A DNA stretch of 64,000 bases from Porphyridium purpureum (GCA_008690995.1 VRMN01000006.1:248001-312000), one strand, 5' to 3'. Positions 1-11,073 are shown, counted from the first letter of the stretch. A program made the numbers and translations. Notes: generated from the letters alone by a model not told the origin.

Positions 1-147
1 GCTTGCGCGTGGCGGCGTGCAGATGCGACACTGTGATAATCGCGGGAACTTGAATCGATTTCTCGAATTGATCGCGCAAGCAGAACAAAGGTCCGCGACT
101 CCTTGTGTCTGGTATGTAGAGTGTGTCCGAGCACCATTATAAGCGAG

Positions 148-1930
148 ATGCTTGCCTGCTCCGGCGGCGAGTCTGCTACGACCAGCTCTGCTAAGACCAG
201 CTCTGCAACGACCAGCTCTGCAACGACCAGCTCTGCAAATGAACATGAAGCAGTCTTCTCAGAGCCTGCTGTATCCAGTGCAAGCGAAAATAATATTCAT
301 AAAAAAATATAGAGATCCATGATGGCTTTACCATCGCGCGTTTCACATTCAGACACAGCAAGCTTTGGCTCGAGTACAGAAAGTGCCTGGTTCCGCAAAA
401 CTGGTCCCCGTAGTGACCTTTTCAGGGCGCTTCGGTCTGAAGACATCAAAACGGCGCGTGTGGCGGATGCGAGACATTTGGATCCAAGCCGTTCCGCAAG
501 TGGCGCTCGGAGGTCTATTAATTTGCCTTCGTCCTTGTAGCCGGCTCTCCACAATGTCAACTACACACATGGGTATCAGAATTTGATTCTTGTGCTCTTC
601 GTGCGCAACCATGTAGTCGAGCGGGGTTTTCGACGTGGACGTCGACTGATTCGCTCTGCGTGATCGTAGCTCGAATCCTGCCTTCATCATTGCCACTGGG
701 ACAACGTGCAGTGGACTGAAGCATGCAGAATTTCACAGCATGGCTGTCGCAGCACGATGAAGCAGACTGCGAAAGGCCTCTGCATGGGACTATGATCGTG
801 ATGAGCTCGTACACTCACGGCACCGCAAAATCATGCACATGATCCTGACGGTCGCGTCGGACTTGGCCGCCCAATGGGCTTTGGCCCCTTGCTGCGACGA
901 AGAAAAGCTTCTTGTCGATGATTCTTGGCCTTCATGAGAAGGTCAATGCTTCAAAATACAAGGCAGTCATCCAGTCTGGCCGAAATCTGCACGTGCAATC
1001 CTCTCTCCGCACGAGTCTCTGCAAACTTCTCTCGCCGCGGGCGAGAAGATAACACGTGATTCTCACCGCACTGGCCGTGGCGTGTTCAGAATGTTCTGCA
1101 GATGTGTTGAACACTTCCTGCAAACCAAGATGAATGGATTCGTGCCTCTTCGTTTTGAAGCAAGGCGTCAAGACTCCAGAACGCCTCGGAAAGAATACTG
1201 CTTCGTGCAGTGACGCGGGCAGTGACACGAGGAGGAGAAGAATAATACGTGCTTGAGCTCCTCCGGGATTCGGATTCTCATTACCAAGCCTGGGCAGCAT
1301 GTCGTTCGATTTGACACCATGGAAGAAGCTCAAGTTGTAGTCGCATGAACAGGCACCCACGAGACTGTGTGGTGAGTCCAAAGCTCACGAAAGGTCAGTG
1401 ATAACATGAAGCGCAGAGTTCCTGGGCGACAGGCACACTGGCGGATCAATGTCGGCAAATCAAAAACGCTTCGGCTTCAGCAAAACAGCAAATGCTTCGT
1501 ACTGGCGGGTAATTGGACACCTTTCATCCGCAGTGGAGCCTTCATCATCCTGTTCAAACGGGCTTTGGCTATCAAAGCACTTCATCTACCGATCTTTACC
1601 ATGATGCGCGAAGTCGCGTACGGGGAGCTGCTGATCCTTGTGTTCGTATATTTCAGCGCCGGGCTTTGCTATATCATCGTCCTCCACAACAGTGCTTAAT
1701 TCCACCTCTCTACACTCAAGACAGACTTCATTCTACCGGTCACAACTTTCCGCACCACCCGTCTCCGTGAAAGTGGCAACTGCAAGAGTCGCGTCAAATG
1801 CCTCTGACCTGGCACTCCCGCAAGCAGGATATCATTACCCTCCAGAGTCTCAAAGCTCAATCCTTCGACTCTGCAGTTGTGGTTCAGCAGTAAGATTATT
1901 GCGGGGCTTTCTGGTTTTCTACATTCCGGG
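148..1930 (+). pseudogene. Decayed DGAT1/ACAT-like (MBOAT acyltransferase) pseudogene
   Basis: Collinear remnants of DGAT1 motifs across several frames with stops: NYTHGYQNLILVLFVRN (~559; cf. NYxGxxNLxxVxLxxxN), KLKL*SH (~1326; cf. WLKLxSY), WTPFIRSG (~1514; cf. RTPxIRKG), ELLILVFV..IIVLHNS, RVSKLNPSTLQLWF (~1844; cf. RVLKLSVPTLYVWL). Boundaries approximate. Confidence 0.5.
172..238 (+). repeat. 15-bp tandem repeat (TCTGCWAMGACCAGC) x~4.5, encoding SATTS/SAKTS units
   Basis: Units at 172, 187, 202 and 217, partial unit at 232; read directly from the sequence. Confidence 0.9.
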
Positions 1931-1994
1931 GACCCAAGACTGCGCGCGTGATGCTTATGCTCCCATAGGCGGGCGGCACGGGATTTCTCCCGTA

Positions 1995-2719
1995 CCGAGC
2001 ATTATCAGGTTGTAAATAAGCACCAGGCGACGCCCGGGTTCGATCAATTGCAGCTCGTGCTCAGCATCGGCGTTGAAACACGAACACTTGCCTTCTCGTC
2101 GAGTTCCTTGCTCCGGCTTGATAAGTCCGTTCTTGCTCGTCGTGCTTTGTAACCAACGCGGCTTTGCTGTGCGCACACGGCAATGAGACAACACGCGCAC
2201 CGAACGTACCAGTGCAGGTTTTACTGTCCTTGTGGTTCGCAATTGTCCGCCAAATACGGCATACGAGGTAATATCGCTTTACCTGGCTCGAGCGCAGCAC
2301 AGCAAGTCTGAACGTATCGCGCCTTCCGAACCCATGGATTATCTTCTTCCGTACGGGGTTTGCGAACGTGAGCTCCAATGGTATGAAACGACGAGCATCA
2401 CGCAGACATGTGTCCAAGACAGTGGCCTCACGACGTCGACAACCTGCCTGATAACCTGCTGCTCCTGGCGCGAGCGCACGCTGCCCGGTGCGGATGTTGC
2501 GACATCAGATGCTCCCGCGCACACACGGCAACAGCAACAGCGCTGGCACGTCGCTGGCTTGCCGCAAACCAGGCTCGAAGTAACGCTTTCTCCATCAGCG
2601 CCGAGTCCAAAGCGCCACGCAGCGCGCACCGCCAATTCGTCGCTGTCCAACGTCTCGCCAGGCTCGACATCGCATTTGTCCCACGCCAGTTCCATTTTTG
2701 GCGCGAGGAAAATGGACAA
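1995..2719 (-). pseudogene. Decayed 2OG-Fe(II) oxygenase-like pseudogene
   Basis: Minus strand encodes CFNADAEHELQLIEPGRRLVLIYNL (cf. AFYADCEHEVxPVTSGxRLVLxYNL), preceded by VFGGQL (cf. FxGGEL). The upstream part is broken by stops and frameshifts. Confidence 0.5.
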
Positions 2720-2900
2720 CGCTCTAAAGAAGAACTGTACTTCAAGTGAACACAGCCGTGATGCCGGAGTTTCAAATTTTCAAACGCACGCGCGAGCGGG
2801 TGTTGTCGGTGGGGGCGCGCGCGCGTGCCGCAGGAGCGGAGGAGGACGAGACGATTGAGCTTGGCGCCGTGCATGAACCAGGGCAAGGTTGGAGCAAGGC

Positions 2901-4508
2901 ATGGAGCAAAACGGCAGGAAACATGTGCCAGCGCGGCTGAGCCAGCAGACATTTGATGACGCCGTCGAGGAGAATATGCAAGAGTTGGACATGAGCTTTG
3001 AAGAAGCCGTGCTGGATGCGCTGGCTCAGTTTCGCGCCATGGGGATGAGGCAAGACGAGCTGGCGCATCTGGTGTTGGATAACTCGCATAGATCTGCCGG
3101 GGTAGGGGGAGATGAAGTGCAGAATCCTGTGCTGGCCGCGCTCACCCGCGTCAAAGCGCTGAGCGAGGACCACCCGGCGAGTTGGTGGGAGAAGCGAGGG
3201 CGCATGGCAGCCGACCTGGATTTGGTGCGCGAGCAGGCAGAGAATGACGCGGCTGTGGTGGCGATCGCTGGGGCTCACGGCGCCGTGGAGGCGGCCTTGA
3301 GTGTCATTTCAAAGCTGAACTCGTCGCACAACACCAAAGCCGAATCGCGCACGTTGCTCGCAGCGGCGCTCAGGCTGTTGGCGCGGCTCCTCGTGACCAA
3401 AAGTAACCATACCGTCCTTGAAGAATATGCGTGCTCCATGCAGATTTTGAAAGCGGCGTGCGAGAACGCGGACGCGCTCAGAGAAATGGAGCTGGGCTCA
3501 GAAGCCTTGTTGGCAGCGCTCGAGTGTCTGTGCGGTGCACAGAAATACTCAGAGCAGAATCGTGTGCTGCTGGCACAGGACGACTACCTGTCGTTCCTGG
3601 TGGACATGGCCATGCGAGCCGTGGGCGAAGCATGTGTCTTTGTGGCCGTCGCGCGCGTGCTGTGTGAGTGCGTGTCCGGCGACGATGTGCGCTGCGAGGC
3701 GCCCGAGGCCTTCCAACGTGCAGGCGTACTTGCTGGCCGCAAAATTGTTCTCGAATCGGGCGTGCGCCCTCTCACGTGCGGTGGTGTGGACGCGCTAGAC
3801 GTGGCCTCCGCTGCACTCATACAACATGCTGCAGACGACGACGTCTTTCTCGTTGCGTGCCAGCTCATGCAGGCCCTTGCGGTTTGCGACGAAACTTGTA
3901 AGCGACTGGTCGAGATGCGCGCGTTGCAAGAGATCTGGAATCGGTTTGGGTATGGAACGCAGGCGTTGGATCATCAAAGCGTCGCCATATGCGCTCAGGT
4001 GCTCGGCCTCGCGCGCAATCTAGGAGGCAGTGACGTGGCCAAGGACCGCATGCTTGAGCCCATGCAGTCACCGGGGTCCACCGCGACGTGGTTTCAGTGC
4101 CTTGTGGAGCTCGCGCAGCCTTTTATTAGCTTCGACGCGCGCATCCAAGAAGCGTTCTGCGGTGTCGTCTCGGTGCTGGCTCTTCGCAGCGGCGAGCGGG
4201 CGCAGGCCATCGCGGACCAGGGCGGCCTGGCTCTTGTGTGCCGCGTGCTGTGTCTGGAGCGGGACCTTCCGCTTCCCGCAGCTGTCGCGACCTCCGCATG
4301 TTCGGCTATTCGCAACCTCGGCGCACGCGACGAGAACGTCCGGCGCGTGCTGCTCGAGCAGCCGCTCGTCGAGCAAAAGCTGCGCACTCTCCTTCTTCAC
4401 AGCGACGCCCGGTCCACGCGAGAAACTGCGTACGCCGCGCTTCGGGATATGGGTCTTTTAAAAGACTCCGAGCTCCGCAGAACTCCTGGATATACCGTCT
4501 GCTTCTAA
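2901..4508 (+). CDS. ARMC6: Armadillo repeat-containing protein 6-like
   Basis: N-terminal LSQQTFDDAVEENMQELDMSFEEAVLDALAQFRAMG matches the ARMC6 signature; ARM-like helical repeats; C-terminal AYAALRDMG. First ATG at 2901. Confidence 0.85.
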   Translation: MEQNGRKHVPARLSQQTFDDAVEENMQELDMSFEEAVLDALAQFRAMGMRQDELAHLVLDNSHRSAGVGGDEVQNPVLAALTRVKALSEDHPASWWEKRGRMAADLDLVREQAENDAAVVAIAGAHGAVEAALSVISKLNSSHNTKAESRTLLAAALRLLARLLVTKSNHTVLEEYACSMQILKAACENADALREMELGSEALLAALECLCGAQKYSEQNRVLLAQDDYLSFLVDMAMRAVGEACVFVAVARVLCECVSGDDVRCEAPEAFQRAGVLAGRKIVLESGVRPLTCGGVDALDVASAALIQHAADDDVFLVACQLMQALAVCDETCKRLVEMRALQEIWNRFGYGTQALDHQSVAICAQVLGLARNLGGSDVAKDRMLEPMQSPGSTATWFQCLVELAQPFISFDARIQEAFCGVVSVLALRSGERAQAIADQGGLALVCRVLCLERDLPLPAAVATSACSAIRNLGARDENVRRVLLEQPLVEQKLRTLLLHSDARSTRETAYAALRDMGLLKDSELRRTPGYTVCF

Positions 4509-4711
4509 CATAAAGCCCGTCAATGTGTTCGTCTCATTTCTCAACCTCCGCGCCATCGCTGCGATTCCGCAAACTATGTGGCCGTATCGGCTTATCGGTT
4601 TCATGACGTGTTCGGGTCCGAGAAACCGAAAACACGACTGCGCATGAGCGTGCAGGTTAGTGGTGGACGCGAAAGGAAGAAAGCGAGCCAGGGAGATGAC
4701 GACGGAGAACC

Positions 4712-7195
4712 ATGGGATTCTCGTGGGGAGTGGCGAATGACCTGGTGAAGCTCGAGAAGATATATGGCCTGGTCGAGGCGGGGCGCGAAGCAAGTGAATT
4801 CGGGCCGGTATCGGTCCCGCTGGCAGATAGTGACGTGCTGCACCGCGGGCTCATTCAAGAACTCGTGATCGACGCGCACCGTACGCTTCTCGAGCTGGGC
4901 GATGGCGGTCAGGGGCTGAGCGCGCTGGATGCGTCGCGCCAAATACGTGCGAGTATGCGCCGCTTGGTAGAGACGCGTGGCCGAGAACACGACGAGAGCG
5001 AATTTCAAAGCGGAAATGAAAATGACATCGAGCTTCGGTTTTTATTTCAAGTGCGCGAGGCCGAGCAGTTGTGGGCATTTGCTGAAAGCGTGTTCCTTGA
5101 GTCTCTGGCTCTTGCTTCCTCAACACCGGACATTGCTGATCGTGTAGCGGCGTGGTACGCCAAGTCAATCTTCGCAGATGAGAGCGTGCACAGGCGCCAG
5201 TCCGATTGGTGGGCACAAGCCGCCAAGGCCCGTCACCACCGGGTCTACCGTGGCGGACGGAACGCTGCGCAAGAGCACTGGAATGGGCTGGCAGACTTTA
5301 TATCAGAAAACCAATTTTGGGCTCTGTGCACGCGCGTCGCCGCGCTCGGAAATTTGACAGACGCCGCCGATATGGTACGGTTTGTGCGAAAGGAAGTCGG
5401 AGAAATCCAGAAAACTGCAGAGGCTGAATTTCGCTCTTCGCGCGCGGACGGGGAACAGCTCATGTCAGAGTTGTTGCAGAAAATTGAAGCGCTGGATGAG
5501 GACCTGAACCTGGCCGAGGCAGCGTTACTCGACGGGCCAGCAGATGGATCTTCCGCGAGATACGATGGCCGCTGGAAATCATGGCAGGAAGATTGTTTCT
5601 CTACCGTGGAAGCATTGGGGGTCGATGTGACGCAAGCGTCGGATAAAGAAGGCGCTGAGGATGGTGCTGAGGACGCGTCTTCAGTACGTCCTGTGGAACG
5701 CCTTCTTCTTCTCTGCAGTGGCACAGATCCCCGCGTTGCTCTTGAATGCACCGAGTCGTGGATGGAAGCGCTCGTTGCGGTGCTTCTTTACAGCGTTTAT
5801 CCGGCTTATGCGGACTCCTACGCCATGAGCATTTCAAATGCCAATCAAGCGGGTGTCCGTGAGCTCGAACTTGGGGCACTAAGGGCTGCGCACGAAGTTG
5901 CTCGAACAAAGCCGCGGCAGGTTGACGCCAGCACAATGGACACTGATTCGGAGGACAACTGCGGCAAGAATAGCGAATCTGAAGCAGGGGACGCACAGGT
6001 ATTCGACCCTGCGTTCCATGCGGTTGCTAACTGTAATGCTGCCGAATGTGTTGCGCAAGTGGCGTTCGCGCACATCTTTTTCCATGCTGCGCATCTTGCC
6101 GAACTACTGGCGCCATTGCTAGAGGACAGCGACGCCTTCATTTCTGCGAAGGGCCTCGGCCTTCGCGACCACTATTTTCTTGAGTATGCTACTACTTTGC
6201 AACAGGATCCAAGTTTGTGGAGGGTGGCTTTGGACTACCATGCCCAGGTGGATCAGGAGCAGACTCTACCCGAGCGCCTTGTATCTGTACTGAATCGGCT
6301 TCCACTCGATGATCCAAACTCTGATCCGCAGATCGACAAGATCATTGCTCTTTGTGAAAGTCGCGGATGGACGCAGGTTTTGATTCAATGGTACGAGCGC
6401 TTGGGTGCTTCTTGTGCGTTGAAGCAGCAAACGGTGCCTGCGATCTACTGGTTTCTTCGTGCGTACTGTCGCTCACTGGTCCGCGAAATGGCCCACAAGC
6501 GGCAGCGGGCCGGCCACAAGCTTTCTTTTAGCCCACAAGAATCATTGATGCTCCAGCCGTCATCTTCCTCGCGCGCGGTGGCATCGCTACGCGCTCGTGT
6601 CCTCGTCAACATTTACGCTGTCATGCACTCGGCGTGGGAGCTCGCGTCCAACCATGACGCAGGAAACCTGATGCAAGATGTGCTGGATACCATTCGTGCG
6701 GGAATCTCCGTGCTAGAAGCAGAATACCCGACACACGACTTTTTGCACGACTTGCTTTTCCTTGAGGACGTAGCACGCATGAAGCAGCTGTTGGGAGATG
6801 CCTCTGCAGATGCGCTGAAGCGAGTCGTGGAGCATGGCGCGCGTGCGCTACGATCTGGGGGACTGCCTGATGTGTTTGCGCTCCTCGTGGTGTTTGACGT
6901 GGTGTGTGCGCTAGATAATTTGGACGATTTGGGGACCGCTCAAGGTGGAGATCCTTCTGAGCTAAGGCAGCAGGTATTACTGTCTGGTGTTCGGCGGCAG
7001 GATATTTTCACGCTCCTGGATGCTTTGGAAGAATGCAGCGAAGGGAACAATCGCTTCTCAGAAACGAACACGCTCATGGGGGGCGCCTTTGCGCGTTACC
7101 TGGATCTCTTCCAGGAAGTGCAGGAAGCGCCTGATCAGGTTCTTCATCGGATGCGACAGGTGCTGCTCCGCACGCTTGCTGAAGTGGGTATGTAG
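4712..7195 (+). CDS. NUP85: Nuclear pore protein Nup85-like
   Basis: 827-aa helical ORF with SWMEALVAVLLYSVYP, HAAHLAELL and HYFLEYATTL..DPSLWRVALDY, resembling conserved Nup85 segments. Confidence 0.75.
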   Translation: MGFSWGVANDLVKLEKIYGLVEAGREASEFGPVSVPLADSDVLHRGLIQELVIDAHRTLLELGDGGQGLSALDASRQIRASMRRLVETRGREHDESEFQSGNENDIELRFLFQVREAEQLWAFAESVFLESLALASSTPDIADRVAAWYAKSIFADESVHRRQSDWWAQAAKARHHRVYRGGRNAAQEHWNGLADFISENQFWALCTRVAALGNLTDAADMVRFVRKEVGEIQKTAEAEFRSSRADGEQLMSELLQKIEALDEDLNLAEAALLDGPADGSSARYDGRWKSWQEDCFSTVEALGVDVTQASDKEGAEDGAEDASSVRPVERLLLLCSGTDPRVALECTESWMEALVAVLLYSVYPAYADSYAMSISNANQAGVRELELGALRAAHEVARTKPRQVDASTMDTDSEDNCGKNSESEAGDAQVFDPAFHAVANCNAAECVAQVAFAHIFFHAAHLAELLAPLLEDSDAFISAKGLGLRDHYFLEYATTLQQDPSLWRVALDYHAQVDQEQTLPERLVSVLNRLPLDDPNSDPQIDKIIALCESRGWTQVLIQWYERLGASCALKQQTVPAIYWFLRAYCRSLVREMAHKRQRAGHKLSFSPQESLMLQPSSSSRAVASLRARVLVNIYAVMHSAWELASNHDAGNLMQDVLDTIRAGISVLEAEYPTHDFLHDLLFLEDVARMKQLLGDASADALKRVVEHGARALRSGGLPDVFALLVVFDVVCALDNLDDLGTAQGGDPSELRQQVLLSGVRRQDIFTLLDALEECSEGNNRFSETNTLMGGAFARYLDLFQEVQEAPDQVLHRMRQVLLRTLAEVGM

Positions 7196-7353
7196 GTAGA
7201 TCAGGTGCTCGGATTCCGCAAGGCGATGAAGCGTGTGATCAGTCATGTCCTGATGTTTGGGTCATGAATCGCTCCTGGAGCAGACGCAAAAAGTACGGAC
7301 GGCCGTGCGCGTACAAAGAATGGAACAATGCTGCGATAAAGGTTTAATTTCTA

Positions 7354-9018
7354 TTATTTGTTCTCTCTTCCCAGAATGCGATCCTTGAGCGAAACTTCTT
7401 TTCCTACTGAGCCGAATTTTCTCAACATTGTAGCTTTCCCGAGCTGCGCTTTTTGCGACGGAGCAAAAGAAACAGCCGACTCATGTCTTGCACTGGTTGG
7501 AGTGGTCGAGACTCCATGCATAAGAAGAGTGTCTGGCTCTTCTGACAATGACCGTTGCGGGCCGACGCCACCTGATGCTACCGGTACTTTCTGGCACTTT
7601 GGACCGGCCGTGTTCATGCCATCAATCAGCATTCCATCAATCGCTTTGCATTGTTGCCGCTGCTTCTCGTCAATTTCGTCCTTGTCTTCTTCAACAAAAA
7701 TGGGAGAATTGCTGATGCGACCCAACGTGATGACGACCTGCGCAGCCCATCGGAAACGCCCCTCGCTTGCGCGAGAGTGTCGTAATGTCTTGACACGCTC
7801 GACCAAATCATCCTGGCTGTTCACGGCTGTTTCGCCCATTCGAAGCTGGGATGTGATCCACTCATGATGAAGCGCGCCTTGAGCTGACAGACGCTTATTT
7901 GGATCCAGCTGCAGCAGCCCGCGAATCAGGCTGGTTGCCTGGGGGGAAATGGAACTCCAATACTCATCCGGGAACGAGTAATCCACGGCCTTAATTTTCT
8001 TGAGCACTTCGTTTTTGTTGGCGCCGGCGAACGGCTGCTTGCCCGACAGCAAGTTGTATAGAATGACGCCGCAGCTCCACATATCGCAGCCGGTCCCGTA
8101 CGGTGACTTGCGGACCACCTCTGGAGAAACATAGTAGGGCGTGCCCACGGCCGACCCGAGGGCGTACTCCTCCACCGAGTCAATGAACTTGGCGAATCCA
8201 AAGTCCGCGAGTTTGACGCCGTATGGGAACTTGTTTGACGAGCAGAGCAGGTTTTCAGGCTTCAAGTCACGGTGCATGATGTTATGCGCATGCAAGTACT
8301 TGAGTGACTCGAACAGGTCTGCCATGGCTTGGGCCGCATGGTGCTCCTGGAAACGGCCCTGCGCTGAAATGACGTCGTACAGCATTCCGCCATGCATCAG
8401 CTCCATCACGACGTGGAGCGTGTCCCGAGAGTCAAAGATGTCCAGTGTGGAGACAATGTTTGGGTGCTGCAAGTGGTGCACAATCAGCATTTCTCGCTTG
8501 AGCAAGCGAAAGTCCTTTTCCTTAAGACTTGTCTTATCCATGATCTTGATCGCAACCAGCTCCTTTGTGCGGAGGCACCTGCCCATCCTCACCACGCCGT
8601 ACGCGCCCTTGCCGAGCACCTGTCCAAACTCGTAGTAGATCTCAATTCTTGCCTGGCTAGCCTCTTGCAGCATGCGCAGCCAGGGCTCGAATTCGTCATC
8701 CGTCGGGACAAAGATGGAGCACGAGTGCCGGTCTTCGTCGACGATAACAATCTCATTTTTGCGGGACCCCTTGACGCACTTGATGACCTGGATATCCTTG
8801 TCATAGTTTGTATCGTCCGGTTCAACCATTGGCCCCGGCTCACTCTGCTGCAGCGCGGTCATTTCCTCCGGCGACAAGTTATAAAAATACAAGCACGAGC
8901 CGGACAGGCGCGCCCAGACCTCCTTCTTCCGCCTAAACATGTGCCCCTCCTTGAACAGCGGCCCCGAAAACTCGGGGAAGCCATTGCGCAGCGTTCTGCG
9001 CCGCATAAACGTGTCCAT
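7354..9018 (-). CDS. PH-domain Ca2+/calmodulin-dependent (CAMK group) Ser/Thr kinase
   Basis: N-terminal PH fold (GPLFKEG..WARLSGSCLYFY..WLRMLQ); kinase motifs GKGAYG, VAIK, HRDLKPEN, DFG, GTPYYVSPE, DMWSCG. First ATG at 9018. Confidence 0.9.
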   Translation of the reverse strand: MDTFMRRRTLRNGFPEFSGPLFKEGHMFRRKKEVWARLSGSCLYFYNLSPEEMTALQQSEPGPMVEPDDTNYDKDIQVIKCVKGSRKNEIVIVDEDRHSCSIFVPTDDEFEPWLRMLQEASQARIEIYYEFGQVLGKGAYGVVRMGRCLRTKELVAIKIMDKTSLKEKDFRLLKREMLIVHHLQHPNIVSTLDIFDSRDTLHVVMELMHGGMLYDVISAQGRFQEHHAAQAMADLFESLKYLHAHNIMHRDLKPENLLCSSNKFPYGVKLADFGFAKFIDSVEEYALGSAVGTPYYVSPEVVRKSPYGTGCDMWSCGVILYNLLSGKQPFAGANKNEVLKKIKAVDYSFPDEYWSSISPQATSLIRGLLQLDPNKRLSAQGALHHEWITSQLRMGETAVNSQDDLVERVKTLRHSRASEGRFRWAAQVVITLGRISNSPIFVEEDKDEIDEKQRQQCKAIDGMLIDGMNTAGPKCQKVPVASGGVGPQRSLSEEPDTLLMHGVSTTPTSARHESAVSFAPSQKAQLGKATMLRKFGSVGKEVSLKDRILGRENK

Positions 9019-9675
9019 CACCGCCACTCGCACCCAACCAGACCCCTCGTCATACCCCACCCCTCACACATCCGCGCTTCCGAGCCCTTGCTGACGTCTC
9101 TCACTCCCACCTTATCCAATCGCACATCTCTTCCCCCGTTTCCCCAGCCTCCGTTTCCCCAGTGACTTGACACCGAAAAGCGCCGAAAACCACAAAGCGG
9201 CAGCGCAAGCACGTGAAACCGACCCAAAACCAACACCAAAAATACCCAGAATACCGAAAAACACAGAAACCCAACCGATTCTCCCCTAATTTCGGCGCGC
9301 TGCGTGTTGTGCGGAGTGCGCGATTGTGCTGGTGGATCGCTCCAAATTTGGCATGCCGCTGCTGCAGGTGGCGCTGTACCCACGGGACTGTACCTCCACG
9401 TTTCGCACGCGTTTTCTGTCGTTTTCTGTTTTTCATTTTCTTGTCGTTTTGGTTGGTTTAGTGTAAAGCGTGCTCGTTCGAATTCTGCGAATAGGACGAA
9501 ATTCGCAGGGGTGGATCGGCGCGGGGCGCTCAACAGAGGGGAACAGCGCCTTGGTCATGTGGTGGCGACGCGATACATGCACGCGGAGATTGCGGCAGGG
9601 AGGGCGTGTTTGCCACGACGTTTGTGTCAGGTCGTGACAACGTGGTGCGCCGAGGAGAGGCGCAGAGGATGAGCA

Positions 9676-10440
9676 ATGAGCTTTCTGAAGAAGCTGGGGC
9701 GCAAGTTGGGCGCCGGATCGCCCGGCCACGCGCCGCAGATGACCGTGCTGTGTGTCGGTATTGATGGCGCCGGCACCAGCACGCTGATTCGTGCCATGGC
9801 AGGCACCAGTCACTCGCCGGCTGCGGCACGCCAACGGAAAGCCGGCGAGACGGCCGCGGACGCGGACAGGTCGGAGCAGGCGTATGCGAAGAAGATCCAG
9901 GCGCAGCACACGGTCGGCGTGGAGGAACACGCCGTATTTATCGATAGCCACGAAATTGCCGCGCAGTTCAGGACGTCGTCGTCGACGTCACCCTCCGCAG
10001 CAGCTGCGCCAGATGGGTCAGTGTGCGCGCGCGCGTTCGCGGCAGGCCTGAACCTAAGGGTATTTAACGTGGCAGGCAGCGAAGGCTCCCGCGCCTTGTG
10101 GCGTACTTACTATGACTCGGCAGATGGTGTCATGTACATCGTTGATGCGGCGGACCCAGATCGTTTTCTGGAGGCGAAAGAAGAGCTTGAAAAGCTGCTG
10201 TTCCGATCGGATAATATCATGGGCAAAGCCGTGGCCAGTGTGAAGGTTCCCTTGCTGGTTCTAGCAAACAAAAGTGACTTGCAAGGTGCCATGTCCGCTG
10301 AACAGCTTGAAGTCAAGCTCAAGACGCACTTGTTCCCGCTTGATGCGGTCCACGTCGGCTCATGCTCGGCCGCCGAACAGAAGGATATTCGAGTCAACCT
10401 CATGTGGCTTGTCGAGCACATGTTGAGAGCAGCGAAATAA
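9676..10440 (+). CDS. Arf/Arl-family small GTPase-like protein with degenerate G1/G3 motifs
   Basis: Arf hallmarks RALWRTYY, GVMYIVDAAD, PLLVLANKSD and SCSA; P-loop reads GIDGAGTST and G3 reads NVAGS. Confidence 0.85.
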   Translation: MSFLKKLGRKLGAGSPGHAPQMTVLCVGIDGAGTSTLIRAMAGTSHSPAAARQRKAGETAADADRSEQAYAKKIQAQHTVGVEEHAVFIDSHEIAAQFRTSSSTSPSAAAAPDGSVCARAFAAGLNLRVFNVAGSEGSRALWRTYYDSADGVMYIVDAADPDRFLEAKEELEKLLFRSDNIMGKAVASVKVPLLVLANKSDLQGAMSAEQLEVKLKTHLFPLDAVHVGSCSAAEQKDIRVNLMWLVEHMLRAAK

Positions 10441-10449
10441 ATTATCAAC

Positions 10450-11073
10450 TTATGGATTTTTACTGAGGAACGAACAATCTTCCATGGGCTCCTCACCAGC
10501 GTACAGCTGCAGCTCACTTTCAATCTGCGCTGCGCTTTGACGAACCAGGAAAAGGTGCCGCTCGAGCTGATTCAAGAGCCGGTTGCCCCGTTCCAGCTCC
10601 GCCTCCAACGCGGCATGCTTTTTCGTCTCCGCCTCACCTTCAGAGCGCGATTGATCTATCGGCCGAAGTCCGTGCACGTGCGCGCGCAGCACTTCCACCT
10701 TTTCTCTTGCCTCAAAGAGCCGCTCCTCCAGCTCATACCGCGCCTTGGCGTTCTCGATGCGCTGATTGACGACTTGCAGCGCCGCCTCGAGCTCTCGGCT
10801 CTCGGCCTCGCACACTTCGCCCTCCCTTGTAATCACAGCTAGATCGGCCTGTGCGCGCTCGCGCTGTCGCTTGATCTCGTCAAGCAGCCTCGCGCCTTGC
10901 TCTCGGTTGAGCGTCCCTCGTGGCGGACTTTCTCGCGCACCTTCTTCGATTAGACCAGACAGGAAGTTCAACTCGTGATCCAGTGGCGCGTTTCTGCACA
11001 GATACGTCCGCTCCGTAATTGCCGCGTCCAGCTCTTGCCCATCCACGATGGGACCCATACCAACAGTCTGCAT
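10450..11073 (-). CDS. THOC7: Coiled-coil protein, probable THO complex subunit 7 (THOC7/Mft1)-like
   Basis: ~207-aa coiled coil; LDAAITERTYL and IENAKARYELEERLFEAREKVEVL resemble THOC7. Start at ATG 11073 inferred. Confidence 0.5.
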   Translation of the reverse strand: MQTVGMGPIVDGQELDAAITERTYLCRNAPLDHELNFLSGLIEEGARESPPRGTLNREQGARLLDEIKRQRERAQADLAVITREGEVCEAESRELEAALQVVNQRIENAKARYELEERLFEAREKVEVLRAHVHGLRPIDQSRSEGEAETKKHAALEAELERGNRLLNQLERHLFLVRQSAAQIESELQLYAGEEPMEDCSFLSKNP

